Part shown: positions 41,630 to 53,064 of the stretch, piece after piece
Numbering within the stretch: position 1 is the stretch's first letter
Layout of the letters: each line of letters starts with the position of its first letter
Assembly (NCBI GenBank): GCA_051985775.1
Contig: JBPYDP010000022.1
Coordinates: forward strand, 12,133 to 76,132
From: Candidatus Nitrosopolaris sp.
GTDB lineage: Archaea; Thermoproteota; Nitrososphaeria; Nitrososphaerales; Nitrososphaeraceae
Length of the DNA: 64,000 nt
Direction: 5' to 3'
Notes under the pieces: model-generated
Database searches by the model: none
Seen by the model: the letters and a program-made list of their open reading frames with translations, nothing else
What the model was told of the DNA's origin: nothing
Program-made: the position numbers and the translations under genes

Positions 41630-42715
41630 TCAAAATTTGTTCAATTTGGCCATCGGTCTTACCGTTATAACAACCCTGAAATTCGTCAATATATCCTTGC
41701 ATCTATTTCGGATGGTAACTTCAGTTACCCCTGCCAGGCTTGACAGATCAATTTGCAAAAGGTTTATTCCTAGTAAAATTGCAGCTAGATAGATGTAAGC
41801 AGCAGCCATGCCATTAGGAGATTTACCATCAGCAAGCAGATGGCTATTTGATTTGTGAGCAACTTCGATTGCCAATCTTTCCACCTTTGCATCAATCCTT
41901 GCCATATTCGCAAGTTTGGCGATATAATGGTCTATTGCCAAGGTCACAGGAATTGGGATACAAGATGACGACGTAGATGAAGATGATGCAATTACAATTG
42001 GTTGTGAGCCAACAGCCCTTGCTACACTTGGTAGCCGGTTAGACGAATACCCAACAGTCTGAGTCGGGTCAGTAAACACGCCCATTTCCATAGCGATCAT
42101 TCTGTAATATTTCGATGCCAATTTTAGGTTAGATTTATCAGTTTGTGAAACGCCGGTTGCAAAAACAATTTCCTCTAGAGACCTGACTATAGAACATCTC
42201 TTACAGGCCAAATATATAGTCGCCGCAGCCATGGAATTTATGGATTTTCCTTTCGCTCCATTTCTACTTTCAAAATTCCGATAAATCATTGCAGAGGTTT
42301 CAATTAAGATTTTCGGCAAACACATTGCTGAGCATATTTCATTAATCTTGGATAAGATGTTTGATAACCTCCTTTGCTTAGGGGTAGCTACTCTTATCCT
42401 CGAATGCCATCTTCTCATATTATTCATCTGCTCTACCATCTGACAGTCGATTGACCTACCACTGTAATCCTTAGAGCCCAAACCGATTTCAGTCCTTAAT
42501 CCATAATCATGTAATGACAGACTAGTACATCCGCTTGCACGTGTTTTCTTGATTCGTTCATCAAGGTCAGATGAATTAGTTTCTGGCCCATAATCGTCTA
42601 CCTGATCCATTACAACGCAGCCACATTTTTGACAGATATACTCGCCAATAGCAGAATCGTGGATAAGAGCCGATTGGCATTCTGGACAATGTGTGTAGTA
42701 TTCAGCTGAATTCAT
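41630..42715 (-). CDS. tfb: transcription initiation factor B paralogue
   Basis: CPEC...CQKCG zinc ribbon, cyclin repeats, GKSPNGMAAA, GVTEVTIRNR. Confidence 0.95.
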   Translation of the reverse strand: MNSAEYYTHCPECQSALIHDSAIGEYICQKCGCVVMDQVDDYGPETNSSDLDERIKKTRASGCTSLSLHDYGLRTEIGLGSKDYSGRSIDCQMVEQMNNMRRWHSRIRVATPKQRRLSNILSKINEICSAMCLPKILIETSAMIYRNFESRNGAKGKSINSMAAATIYLACKRCSIVRSLEEIVFATGVSQTDKSNLKLASKYYRMIAMEMGVFTDPTQTVGYSSNRLPSVARAVGSQPIVIASSSSTSSSCIPIPVTLAIDHYIAKLANMARIDAKVERLAIEVAHKSNSHLLADGKSPNGMAAAYIYLAAILLGINLLQIDLSSLAGVTEVTIRNRCKDILTNFRVVITVRPMAKLNKF

Positions 42716-42933
42716 TGTGATTTCAACACATTTCTTACAAACCGTTCCCTATCAATTGGACATTCAGCTTCTTCATCCAGTGTTAGCGAATTCTTGATAA
42801 TTTTCCCATGAATGGCATCTACGTCAGAAATTAGTCCTAAACTTTTATACTCTAATGCACCAATAGTTATGTGACGAACAAGATAGAGGGCAAGTGGTCT
42901 AAATGAACTGCAGTTATGGATCACAACACCCAT
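42712..42933 (-). CDS. hypothetical protein coupled to tfb
   Basis: ATG ORF whose stop overlaps the tfb start (ATGA); TATA-like sequence upstream. Confidence 0.45.
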   Translation of the reverse strand: MGVVIHNCSSFRPLALYLVRHITIGALEYKSLGLISDVDAIHGKIIKNSLTLDEEAECPIDRERFVRNVLKSQ

Positions 42934-43201
42934 TTGGGAGTAGGTGTAAATTATTCTATATATCTCGGTTGGTCATAACATTTAACCATAATCAGAAGTT
43001 TTTTTAGTCCTCTTTATCTTTTTAACCCTTGAATCATAGGGAAGTTAGTATTAAGCTTCAAAGAACTTTTTTGTCGCGTGTATTACAAAAGCTGACAACT
43101 ATGCTTATTATAGGATTAAAATATTCACAATATGCAAAGTCTGATAGATGGTTTTCAGGGCTTAGGTTATAACGTCATTAGCTCATGTAGAGGGAAAGCA
43201 A

Positions 43202-43420
43202 ATGTCTAGAAGAATTGCAATCTTTGCATTTTGGTTATTAGGATTTGGGATAGGTTTCATTGGGTATTTATCTTTGCCAAATATAGCTCATTGGTTTGCG
43301 CTGAACGTGCCAAGCTTCTTAAACCAAGTTGTTATTGGGGCGTTAATCACGGGGATAATAGGATCAGCTGTGAGTACCTTTTCGATAGTATTATGGGCAA
43401 ACAAAAGTTCTTCGGTCTAG
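43202..43420 (+). CDS. small membrane protein (two transmembrane helices)
   Basis: Two hydrophobic segments in 72 aa. Confidence 0.7.
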   Translation: MSRRIAIFAFWLLGFGIGFIGYLSLPNIAHWFALNVPSFLNQVVIGALITGIIGSAVSTFSIVLWANKSSSV

Positions 43421-43509
43421 ATTGTTGCTGAGGTAGTTGGACGTTATCTAAAAGTTGATGCGTACGCAGAATCATTAACCACTCTGCCTTAGTCCAGCAA
43501 AATTCAAAA

Positions 43510-44487
43510 CTAAGAAGCAGGAGAAAAAACAGCGAGGCTGAACCAACCCCTCTCGTCAACGAAATTCGTCTTAAGGCTAAATTGGCTTTCCTCTGCCATA
43601 CGTCTTATCTCCTCCAGCGAATATTTGTAAGAATTTTCTGTGTGAATTGTCTCACCTCTGCGGAAGCCAAATGCTTCGTTTATTCTACCGAGATATACTT
43701 GTTGTTCTTTGGTAGAAGTCAGATGCATTTCAATTCTCTCGTATACAGAATTGTAAAAGGCATTGTGAGTGAAAAAGCTATTGTTAAAATTCCCGTCCAA
43801 TTCTCTATTTATTCGGCTCAATATGTTGAGGTTAAATCTAGCTGTGGTCCCATTGCTATCGTTATAAGCTGCTTCCAAAATCATTTTGTCCTTTCTAAGA
43901 TCCATTCCAATTACTAAATTGTCTTTTTCGTCCATTTTAGATCTTAAATGTCGGAGAAAAGCTATCGAGTCTGCAGGTTCAAAATTGCCAATACTTGATC
44001 CCAAGAAAATTATCAATTTCCTATTAGGGATTTGTGGGTTAGAAAATATCAACTCGTTTGCCTTCTTAATACCGTCAGTATACTCTGAGGTAAGTCCTAT
44101 CACACGAAGATTAGAAAATTTTGAATGAAGTTCCCTTGTTGTTTTATACAGCATCTCTTTAGACACATCTACAGGAAAGTAATACACATTTGGTTGTGAC
44201 AACAGAAGCTCGTGCAGTAATATCCTTGTCTTAACAGAGCTACCGCTGCCTAGCTCGACTAGCGAAATATAGTCGTCAAACATTCTTACTAGCTCCTTTG
44301 AATGCTGTCTAAGTAAGGCTGCTTCGATCCGCCACGGATAGTATTCTGGCTGACGACAGAGTTCCTCGAAAAGCCTCGATCCCTCTGAGTCATAAAAATA
44401 TTTAGAATCTACTCGTTTTTGAGAGATACCTCCTAGGCCTTTTTTGATACTTTGGACAAAGTCGTTGTCTACTTGACTAGTGTACAT
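43510..44487 (-). CDS. egtD: L-histidine N-alpha-methyltransferase
   Basis: KYFYD..GS.LFEE.C..PEYY, ELGSG..KT, FLGSSIGNF, AYND, HTENSYKY. Confidence 0.92.
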   Translation of the reverse strand: MYTSQVDNDFVQSIKKGLGGISQKRVDSKYFYDSEGSRLFEELCRQPEYYPWRIEAALLRQHSKELVRMFDDYISLVELGSGSSVKTRILLHELLLSQPNVYYFPVDVSKEMLYKTTRELHSKFSNLRVIGLTSEYTDGIKKANELIFSNPQIPNRKLIIFLGSSIGNFEPADSIAFLRHLRSKMDEKDNLVIGMDLRKDKMILEAAYNDSNGTTARFNLNILSRINRELDGNFNNSFFTHNAFYNSVYERIEMHLTSTKEQQVYLGRINEAFGFRRGETIHTENSYKYSLEEIRRMAEESQFSLKTNFVDERGWFSLAVFSPAS

Positions 44488-44909
44488 TCATTCTCCCTAC
44501 CGTCTGTTATCGAGGTTGTGATTGTGGCGTCACAGACATAAACTAGGTACACAGAACCGAATTACGTATTTAATGATTCCCCACAAGTATGCAGATAGAA
44601 TTCAAATTTTTGTTCAGTTTTATCAAGACTTGACAACTCTCTTTACTCCAATCATAATTTTTGACTTTATTCTTCAATACGCTTGCAAAATCCGTCACGT
44701 CTATCTGGAATATTTTTTTCGGTGACTTCAGCTGGCTTCTCTCTGTACCTGCGAAGGATCAGATAAAAAATTTAAATTCTGCCGACTGCGGTGACATGTT
44801 TAGCATAATTCAAATTATGCAGACTCTATGTCATCATCAAATCTATAAAGCATCGCTTTCCTTTATATGATTGAAACAAAGTGCTTGCAAGAACCAATGA
44901 GATGAATAA

Positions 44910-45845
44910 ATGATGGAAGAGCGAGATACAAAACTTAAGATGCTCACCATAAAGTTAGCTGGAATAGAAATGCGTAATCCAACCGTGCTCGCATCAGGAC
45001 CTCTAGGCCTTTCTAAAGATATACTTAGAAGGATTGACAGACTACAGGTTGGTGCCATTGTCACCAAATCGATTAGTTACAAACCAATATTGGGCTACAG
45101 GAATCCAGCTGTCGTCTGTTTAAAGGGTGGAAGTTATATAAATGCCGTAGGTCTAGCTAATCCTGGAGCAGAAGCATTCTCGACTGAAGTTTCAAATACT
45201 TTTCGAACGCCGTTGATAGTAAGTTTAATTGGTTCTTCTGAACTTGACTTCCGACAATCGATAAGTGATTTTAGTAATTCAAACGTTTCTGGGTTTGAAA
45301 TCAATCTATCTTGCCCTCACGTAGCTAAGATGGGTTTGGAAGTAGGTGATGACCCGGAAATGGTCGCAAAAGTCATAAAAACTATAAAATCAGCTACTCG
45401 CAAGCCGGTAATCGTTAAGATTGGGACAGGAAAGACAGATCTACTCGAAATATCAAGAGTCGCTGCGAATGCAGGTGCAGATGGGATTACTGCGATAAAT
45501 TCAATCCGTGCTATGGCCATTGATATTGACAGCGGTTACCCAATTCTAAGCAATAAGATCGGTGGGTTATCGGGTAAATCGATCAAGTCGATTGCAGTTA
45601 GGTGTGTTTATGAAATTTATGAGGCAGTGGAGGTGCCTGTAATAGGTTGTGGAGGAATTTTCTCTTGGGAAGACGCTGTAGAGTTCCTGCTTGCTGGTGC
45701 GTCTGCTATACAAATAGGAAGCGCGATCGCTTATGAAGGACTAGGTATATTTGATAGAATCACCACTGGGCTCAAGCGTTATTTGGAGAAGAAGCAACTA
45801 AAAAATGTGGCAGAATTGGTGGGTCTAGCCCATAGGCGTCAATAG
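44910..45845 (+). CDS. pyrD: dihydroorotate dehydrogenase (class 1)
   Basis: NAVGLANPG, NLSCPH, GGLSG, GCGG. Confidence 0.94.
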   Translation: MMEERDTKLKMLTIKLAGIEMRNPTVLASGPLGLSKDILRRIDRLQVGAIVTKSISYKPILGYRNPAVVCLKGGSYINAVGLANPGAEAFSTEVSNTFRTPLIVSLIGSSELDFRQSISDFSNSNVSGFEINLSCPHVAKMGLEVGDDPEMVAKVIKTIKSATRKPVIVKIGTGKTDLLEISRVAANAGADGITAINSIRAMAIDIDSGYPILSNKIGGLSGKSIKSIAVRCVYEIYEAVEVPVIGCGGIFSWEDAVEFLLAGASAIQIGSAIAYEGLGIFDRITTGLKRYLEKKQLKNVAELVGLAHRRQ

Positions 45846-46016
45846 CGCAAGCTTTTACAATATGTTATAATATATTGGACGTCCCTAAACGAATACGAAT
45901 GAATCCTCTATCCAACAAATTCATAATTGTGCTCGTATTCCTATAAGAGGGACAAATAATGAAATTCCCTAATAGTGCGGCCCGGGGATATACGAGCGGA
46001 GGTCCTTTTAAGGACT

Positions 46017-46769
46017 TCAGTCTTGCACTCTAGGAGCAAGATAAAAATGAATTCTGCCGATATTAGCTATCCTACATTCAAGTCTTAGCGGCATTTTGTT
46101 GGAGAACTCGGCTGCAATTGTTCCTCCAGAGGGACTTACAGCTTTAGTGATCCTTGTAAGATAATCAAGACTATAAGTTGCTTTACTATTTTCCTTTACC
46201 TCGATTTCTTCCAGTCCTACACTTTCTGAATTTAAGGTGATGGTTGCCTCACCGGAATCCCCTTTCCCACGAAATTCCACCACTTTGGCACCAGATTCTA
46301 TCGAGATATATTCTGACACGACCTGGACGTCCGACAAGACCTTTTCAAATTCAACTGCGGACAACACCACCTTGGAATTAAAATTCAACTTTGGTAAAGG
46401 AGTAGAACTCACGGAACTCTCAATGAGCCTTATTTTGTACTCGCGTCTATAGTCATTGTGTATTTTAATTGTCAACAACCCATCTTCAAGCGTACTCATC
46501 TCGATAGAATCTCTCTTGCTAGCTCTTCTAATCAACTTCGACATTTCGTCTATCCTTACACCAAATTTTACCGAATCATCACATTCATACTTTTCAAACG
46601 TCGAATTTGGCCACTGAATATCGATAAGAGCTACGTGTGATGGGTCCATTCCCCTGAATGATATTCCCTCAACAGTAGCTTCAAAAGTAGCCTCATCAAC
46701 AAGTGTCGAAATCGTAGATAAAATGACCTTCCATTCATCTGGAGACCTTGTTGTTGCTACGAAAACCAA
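46017..46769 (-). CDS. pcn: PCNA sliding clamp
   Basis: MDPSHVAL, YSLDYL, FYLAPR. Confidence 0.96.
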   Translation of the reverse strand: MVFVATTRSPDEWKVILSTISTLVDEATFEATVEGISFRGMDPSHVALIDIQWPNSTFEKYECDDSVKFGVRIDEMSKLIRRASKRDSIEMSTLEDGLLTIKIHNDYRREYKIRLIESSVSSTPLPKLNFNSKVVLSAVEFEKVLSDVQVVSEYISIESGAKVVEFRGKGDSGEATITLNSESVGLEEIEVKENSKATYSLDYLTRITKAVSPSGGTIAAEFSNKMPLRLECRIANIGRIHFYLAPRVQD

Positions 46770-46892
46770 AGCAAATCTATCTTGAGGCAGTTATCCTCTT
46801 ACTTTAAACATTCCTATAATAGACTGGAACACTTGAAGGTAGAATATTATAGCCGAAGTTAAAATCTCTAGAAATCAGGGAATGGAATAGGA

Positions 46893-47249
46893 TCATCCGT
46901 AATTTCTCCATGTGTGAGTACACCTAGTACAACGATAAAACTGGGTTGTGGGTTCATCGGCGGATCTAGTTTGCAACAGCCACCAATACGCCGAATCATT
47001 CTTGCATTTTGGACAATCTATAGTTGTTGTTGGCATAGTATCTATTGATTTCTCTCCTTCCATTATCTTGAAGGCGCTTTGTGGGTATTGGTTCTGCCCG
47101 CGATTTATAACAGCATGATCTTCTAAGTGTTCCTCGTCCCTCTTTGTAATAAGACCACATTTCGGGCAAGACAATATACCCTCTTCAATCTTCGGTTTCA
47201 TGCGTCTCTCACACTTTGGACAAAACTTCATGCCTCTTACCTCGCTCAA
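46893..47249 (-). CDS. tfs: transcription factor S
   Basis: MKFCPKC and QTRSADEP..FYRC. Confidence 0.95.
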   Translation of the reverse strand: MSEVRGMKFCPKCERRMKPKIEEGILSCPKCGLITKRDEEHLEDHAVINRGQNQYPQSAFKIMEGEKSIDTMPTTTIDCPKCKNDSAYWWLLQTRSADEPTTQFYRCTRCTHTWRNYG

Positions 47250-47252
47250 CTG

Positions 47253-47528
47253 TCAGATTAGTGCTTCCTTTATCACGGTATTAAGAATTTTTATTTTTTC
47301 TGATGCTGTGCTACAGGCATATTGAAATGCGTCAATTGGATCCTTTTTCTTAGTTATCACTCTAATTAAGAAGTCCTCTATTAATGGATGTTTTAGAACA
47401 ACGCCAGCAAATTCTACATTCTTCTCCTTGAGTAGTTCGTGTTGAACTATATACATTACTGATATGTCCTCGTCTTGCAACTTTATTTCTACTTCCCGAT
47501 CTTCTAGGTCCACAATCTCAGCAAGCAT
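47253..47528 (-). CDS. rpoL: RNA polymerase subunit Rpo11 (L)
   Basis: VEFAG...HPL motif; upstream of tfs; ATG at 47528 preferred. Confidence 0.87.
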   Translation of the reverse strand: MLAEIVDLEDREVEIKLQDEDISVMYIVQHELLKEKNVEFAGVVLKHPLIEDFLIRVITKKKDPIDAFQYACSTASEKIKILNTVIKEALI

Positions 47529-47762
47529 TAAACACGAATCTACGGGATGAGGATATAAATTATACCGTTGAGGATGAGCCCCGACCCTATTGATTTGAAG
47601 CACCCTTCATCAAAAATTAGAGCTTAAAGGATCCTAGGGATGCTCGCATTAATCGCCTTGCCTGGTTCTTACTGGACAATAACGCTATTGGTTCTAAACT
47701 ACTCGCTAGCCAAATCGGAAACAAAAGCTTATAGTCGATTAGTCACTTCCAGGAGTGGAAAC

Positions 47763-49193
47763 TCAAAGCACATCCACATCGTGAGGATGACTTTCGGAGT
47801 TACCAGCTAGAGTCATTTTGATGAATTCGGCATTATTTTGCATCTGTTTGATCGTATGAGCACCGCAGTAACTTAATCCTGACCTTATTCCACCAACCAT
47901 TTGCCGAATGATCTCAACAACACTACCCTTGTATGGTACCATTGCTTCAACACCTTCGGCTACATAATCGTTCAAATCATCTGAATCCATAGACACTCCT
48001 TCTTTGTATCTTCTTCCAAGTGACGCGTAAAATGAGGCCATCCCTCTATACATTTTATACTTCTTCCCGTTCTTCACCAATGTCCTTCCTGGACTCTCAT
48101 CACTACCCCCAAAAAGGCCACCTACCATTACTGTAGATGCCCCAGCTGCGAGGGCTTTGGTAGAGTCGCCGGAAGTCCGAATTCCCCCATCTGAGATAAC
48201 CGGGATATCGTACTCGCTTGCTACCTTAATGCTGTCCATGATTGCAGTTAGCTGAGGAACACCAGAACCAGTGATCACCCTAGTTATGCAAATTGACCCT
48301 GAACCAACTCCGACTTTTACTGCCTCCACTCCAGCTTTAATCAGGTCTGCAGCCCCTCCTGCTGTTGCGACATTGCCGGCGATTAATTCGCAGTTAGGGA
48401 ATGCCTTCTTGATCATGTGTACTGCATTGATCGCATTGTCACTGTGACCATGTGCAATATCAACGACTATTGCATCAGACCCTGCCTCGAGAAGAGACTC
48501 AGTACGTTCGAGATAATCCCCCTTAACTCCGACTGCTGCACCTACAAGTAGCCTGCCCTTCTTGTCCTTAGAAGCATGCGGATATTGTTCCATTTTTAGA
48601 ATATCCTTGCTGGTTATGAGCCCGACAATTTTCTTGTTGTCATTTACGAGTGGTAGTTTTTCGATTCGATGATTGCGTAGGATTTCTTTTGCCTGCTCAA
48701 TCGTCGTGCCCTCTTTGGACGTGATCACATTCTTACTCATTAAATCATCAACTTTAGAACCCGTATTTCTCTCTAAACTAATATCACGTTGAGTGATGAT
48801 TCCAGCAAGTACCCCTCCGTTTTCCTCGACAAGGAGTCCCGATACGCCATAATCTACCATCATTTTTTTTGCGGCCTTCATTGTGGCATTTTTTTTGATA
48901 GTATAGGGTTGTTCGATAATTACTGATTCGGAGCGCTTTACTTTTAGGATTTCGTCCACTTGATCGTCTATGGTCATGAACCTGTGAACGATCCCGATAC
49001 CACCCTCCCTTGCGATCGCAATGGCCATACTTGCTTCCGTAACAGTATCCATGTTTGCACTTACCAAAGGAATATTCAAAGAGATGTTATAGGACAGCCT
49101 AGTTCGAAGGTCAGTCTGCGATCTTGATATAACTCCTGAACGTTTTGGAACAAGTAGCACGTCGTCAAAAGTTAAACCTTCCCTTATTTCCAA
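47763..49193 (-). CDS. guaB: IMP dehydrogenase
   Basis: [11 protein letters not shown] pair, [13 protein letters not shown]. Confidence 0.97.
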   Translation of the reverse strand: MEIREGLTFDDVLLVPKRSGVISRSQTDLRTRLSYNISLNIPLVSANMDTVTEASMAIAIAREGGIGIVHRFMTIDDQVDEILKVKRSESVIIEQPYTIKKNATMKAAKKMMVDYGVSGLLVEENGGVLAGIITQRDISLERNTGSKVDDLMSKNVITSKEGTTIEQAKEILRNHRIEKLPLVNDNKKIVGLITSKDILKMEQYPHASKDKKGRLLVGAAVGVKGDYLERTESLLEAGSDAIVVDIAHGHSDNAINAVHMIKKAFPNCELIAGNVATAGGAADLIKAGVEAVKVGVGSGSICITRVITGSGVPQLTAIMDSIKVASEYDIPVISDGGIRTSGDSTKALAAGASTVMVGGLFGGSDESPGRTLVKNGKKYKMYRGMASFYASLGRRYKEGVSMDSDDLNDYVAEGVEAMVPYKGSVVEIIRQMVGGIRSGLSYCGAHTIKQMQNNAEFIKMTLAGNSESHPHDVDVL

Positions 49194-49391
49194 ATTTTCT
49201 TTTACATATTTGTCTCACTTGGCGTTATAAGCCTTCCTCTACTTAACTCCTCGTTAACAGGGATGTAGAGCAGTTTGAAATGCCTAATTTATTATTAAAA
49301 TATGGTAAATACTCCCTTCCCAATCATAAAATTTTCACAAAAATGGTAGATCAAAATATTAACATAACTCGGTGCTAATAAATCTGTAAGA

Positions 49392-50066
49392 TTGAAATTA
49401 AAGCAGCGCATTGCCATATTTGATACATTTAAAAGTCGAGACAATAAGTTTACTGGCGAAGCAAGAAGACAACGAGGAATTATTGCCCACCTTGCTACAG
49501 AGCAAAGTCCGGAGCTTAGGACCAGAACTTCAATTGCCCACATAATTGCCGAAAAGCAAGGCATTTTATGGCAAAATATGTATTCTGGGATTTTTAGAGA
49601 CCTGGATGAAGTGTTGATTCCTTCCAGCGTTGTCAAGGAAGGAGGTAGATTACCATTACGCCGTGGTCCCAAAGCCTTGCAAATGGAGGGGGTACCGTTT
49701 TACGAGTTGAGTGAATCGGGTCTTATCGTTGCTTCTGCGTTAGAAGAGCTAGGTCGGTTCCGGATCCAAATATTGGAATCTCTTATTAGACGCGTTTCAT
49801 TTAGTGACCCTTACGATGAAGCTTTACGTGAAGGATTATTATTACTTATTCGATTTATCCCTTCCTTCATGGGGAAGATTATAAACCTATATGTTCGTGC
49901 TTATACCACAGGCTTGGTAGGTTCTATCACACCAATCGATGTCAAAAAATTACGATTGGTTGTCGCGTCGGAAATTCAGGTCGAGAAAGAGATTATAGAT
50001 TCCTCTAGTCGATTGGGAGGCAAAGAATTAGAAATTATTAAGAATTTCATCGATCGTATTAGCTGA
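49392..50066 (+). CDS. hypothetical protein (thaumarchaeal type)
   Basis: 224-aa ORF divergent from guaB. Confidence 0.72.
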   Translation: MKLKQRIAIFDTFKSRDNKFTGEARRQRGIIAHLATEQSPELRTRTSIAHIIAEKQGILWQNMYSGIFRDLDEVLIPSSVVKEGGRLPLRRGPKALQMEGVPFYELSESGLIVASALEELGRFRIQILESLIRRVSFSDPYDEALREGLLLLIRFIPSFMGKIINLYVRAYTTGLVGSITPIDVKKLRLVVASEIQVEKEIIDSSSRLGGKELEIIKNFIDRIS

Positions 50067-50382
50067 GTTTGGCTTTTTATGCTTGAAAAATGGTATTAGA
50101 GCTAAATTTCGATTTCCTTTGTCGCTAGCATGTGGAAATTACTATATTCATTCATGGATTTTTGAAATCACTCGATGGTATAAACCTAATTCTGTATGGC
50201 AACCAGTGCGTAGCTGAATTTGGGGCCCAGATACGTACATCTCACTCAATATACGATGCTTTCAGACGATAAAATTTCGGTAGTTTAGGAGCCAATTTGG
50301 CTCTCCGAATACCGAAGCTAAGAAACATATCAATTAAAAATAACTATTAGTCTTTTCTATTGCATCACAAACAGTAACGGCA

Positions 50383-51060
50383 ATGATCATGAATCATTCT
50401 GTATCTTATTTGCGACTTTGCGGATATGTGTGTTTTATAATTTTGTCGATATTGTCAGAAGCTACACAAACAGGTGGCGCCCAGCCTGAGGTGAAGGGAG
50501 TAAATTCAAACCACTTTGCCAAACATAGCCAATCGGCCGAATCTGTGATGAATGCAATTATAGATCCAAAAATCTTGTTGGCATCCGCAAAAGATCAAAT
50601 GGGTAACTTCACCAATAACATTACTACGTTCAGCCAGGTTACTCCAGGACTCCCTTCGGTCACTGGTACTACAACTGTATTATTGTCACATCAAATCCTA
50701 CCCCCAAAGGATTTCGTACCTGTTTATGACTCAGCCCCGTACACCATATCGAAAGCATACCTTACTGCAAAGCTTCCTTGTGACAGCGGTTTTCACAGCC
50801 GTGCATATGTTTTATTCGGGGAACTAACCAACCTCAAGCCTGCAGTGCTTGTCCCTGTGAAACAATTGTCAGCCCCAGGATACTTATGCATGTATAATTC
50901 TTACCTGTCATCATCAGAATTTATCACCATGGGAAATAATAGAATTGTTACAGACATTGTCCTCTTAAACCCGACTTCTCATAGAATTGTGATGCTAAAT
51001 ACTAGTACATTAATTTTAAGTATCAAAGAAGGATTGCCTCATCCAATGACCAGCAATTAG
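50383..51060 (+). CDS. putative secreted protein
   Basis: Hydrophobic N-terminus; YDSAPY...AKLPCD...CMY. Confidence 0.65.
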   Translation: MIMNHSVSYLRLCGYVCFIILSILSEATQTGGAQPEVKGVNSNHFAKHSQSAESVMNAIIDPKILLASAKDQMGNFTNNITTFSQVTPGLPSVTGTTTVLLSHQILPPKDFVPVYDSAPYTISKAYLTAKLPCDSGFHSRAYVLFGELTNLKPAVLVPVKQLSAPGYLCMYNSYLSSSEFITMGNNRIVTDIVLLNPTSHRIVMLNTSTLILSIKEGLPHPMTSN

Positions 51061-51131
51061 AAAGTATAGTAACGATCGGTAGCAATTTACTAAAATAATA
51101 ATTAGCCCGTCAGTTTAACAAAATCAATAAA

Positions 51132-52061
51132 CTATATTACAGATTCACCGTATTGGATATTAACCGTTTTGAGGTCTTCTGCAGCTTCAACATTCTTAAA
51201 AACTGATCTTGCTTCGTTAAGTAACCCGGATGTTTCTTCATATCTGGTACTAAAGTGGGTGAGAATTAGCTTTTTAACATTCGAGTCTCTCGCTAATGAA
51301 GCCGCTTCAAGAGCTGTGGAATGAAAGTTTTCAATTGCCTTTTGATAGTTGTCCTGACCATAAGTAGATTCATAAATAAGAAGATCACAATCTTTGAAAA
51401 AATTCCTCAATTTTGCTGTGGGCCTTGTGTCACCAGATATGCCGATTTTTCTACCAGCCCTAGGGGGGCCAGTTACTTGACTCGAGCTTATTAGTTGACC
51501 CCGGTATACTATGTCGTCGCCGTGTTGTAATAAGCTGTATAACTTACCTTCTGGGATACCATATCGTTTAGCTTCGCTGACGTTAAAGACCCCCGGCCGG
51601 TCAAATTCAATAAGACAGTATGAAAATGATGGTATTATGTGATTTGCCTCGCAACAAGTTACTTCGTAATCTCTTTCCCTGGCAACTACTCCTTCGCCCT
51701 TAACCGTATGTATATTAACCTCAAACCTCAGACCGAAATTCACAATTCGCATGTTTTCCTTGAGAAATTCAGCCAAATTTTCCTGCCCATATATATCAAG
51801 TCGAACCAATCTTCCATGCAAAGATAAGGTTTGTAGAAGCCCAAGTAAACCAATACAGTGATCGCCGTGCATATGAGTGACAAAGATTTTCATTCTTTTG
51901 TTCATCCCTAGTCTAGATCTGATGAAATTTCTTTGCATTCCTTCACCTGCATCGAACAGCAATAACTCGCTCCCTCTTTTGATCGCTATCGACGATAGCC
52001 CTCGTTCAGTTGTAGGAGTGGAAGCAGATGTTCCAAGGAAAATCAACTTCATGTCGACCAT
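51132..52061 (-). CDS. rnz: ribonuclease Z
   Basis: FLGTS, THMHGDH, SGDT, HST, LTHFSTRY. Confidence 0.96.
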   Translation of the reverse strand: MVDMKLIFLGTSASTPTTERGLSSIAIKRGSELLLFDAGEGMQRNFIRSRLGMNKRMKIFVTHMHGDHCIGLLGLLQTLSLHGRLVRLDIYGQENLAEFLKENMRIVNFGLRFEVNIHTVKGEGVVARERDYEVTCCEANHIIPSFSYCLIEFDRPGVFNVSEAKRYGIPEGKLYSLLQHGDDIVYRGQLISSSQVTGPPRAGRKIGISGDTRPTAKLRNFFKDCDLLIYESTYGQDNYQKAIENFHSTALEAASLARDSNVKKLILTHFSTRYEETSGLLNEARSVFKNVEAAEDLKTVNIQYGESVI

Positions 52062-52149
52062 TTCCTTTCCCGTAAAAGCCTAGTGTTGATTTGACTTCTA
52101 TAATTATATGCCTTTTGCTCTTAAGCGCACAACTGCAAAAAGTCGGCCG

Positions 52150-53064
52150 TCATCGGATGGCCTCCAGTTCAATAATATTTGCTATCTCTTTAGAAATCAC
52201 AGGTGAGAGGTCCACCTTCGCGAAGGCTCCAGGAATTGAATTAGTAGAGATGATTTCCTTAACCCCAGCCGTCATAATCTTCGCAACAGCATCCTCAATC
52301 ATAACTGCATGAGTACACAACGCGTAAATATTTTTAGGATTATGCTCAATCAGATATTCAGAAGCCTTCACTATGCTTTCGCCAGTACTTATCATGTCAT
52401 CTATGATAATTACGTCTCGACCAGCTATATCGTGATTTAATTTCTGCTTAACCAGGGATACATCGGTCGAAAACATATCCCTCCTTTTTGACAAAGCGAG
52501 CATATCGGTTTGCAGAATTCTAGCAAATTCGGTTGCTCTGTTAGCACCACCTTTATCTGGTGAAACCACTATAGGACGGGTTGGTTTGATATTGGTGACT
52601 ACGTATTTGGCCAAAAGATTAACTGCACTTAAATTGCGTACGTCAATCGAAAAATATGACAATGAAAATGGACTATGAATATCTATAGTGATCAACCGAT
52701 TCGTTCCAACGCTCTCTAACAATCTTGCTACAACTGCCATGCTTACCACTTCTCCCTCCAAAAATTCCCGATCCTGACGAGAGTATGCCATATATGGGAT
52801 AACCGCTATGACATTTGCCGACTCATCGTCAGCACACTTCTTCAATATCATAAGCGCTTGCAAGAGATGCCTATCCGTTGGCGGATAAGTGGACTGTATT
52901 AAAATACTATTTTGCCCAGCTGGCTGTTTCATATTGATTTTTGTCTCGCCATCCTTAAATACCCTAAAGTCAGCAACCACCAACTCGGAATCTAAGCACC
53001 TGGCAACTTCGGTTGCTAAATCCACAGACGAAGGCCCAGCAATGATTGAGATGTCTTTTTCCAA
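52150..53064 (-). CDS. prs: ribose-phosphate pyrophosphokinase
   Basis: FKDGE, YSRQDR, SPDKGG, DDMISTG. Confidence 0.95.
   Translation of the reverse strand: MEKDISIIAGPSSVDLATEVARCLDSELVVADFRVFKDGETKINMKQPAGQNSILIQSTYPPTDRHLLQALMILKKCADDESANVIAVIPYMAYSRQDREFLEGEVVSMAVVARLLESVGTNRLITIDIHSPFSLSYFSIDVRNLSAVNLLAKYVVTNIKPTRPIVVSPDKGGANRATEFARILQTDMLALSKRRDMFSTDVSLVKQKLNHDIAGRDVIIIDDMISTGESIVKASEYLIEHNPKNIYALCTHAVMIEDAVAKIMTAGVKEIISTNSIPGAFAKVDLSPVISKEIANIIELEAIR

Noticed and set aside
41950-42070. Ser-rich insertion in TFB as a mobile insert
   Set aside because: In-frame low-complexity linker between the cyclin repeats.
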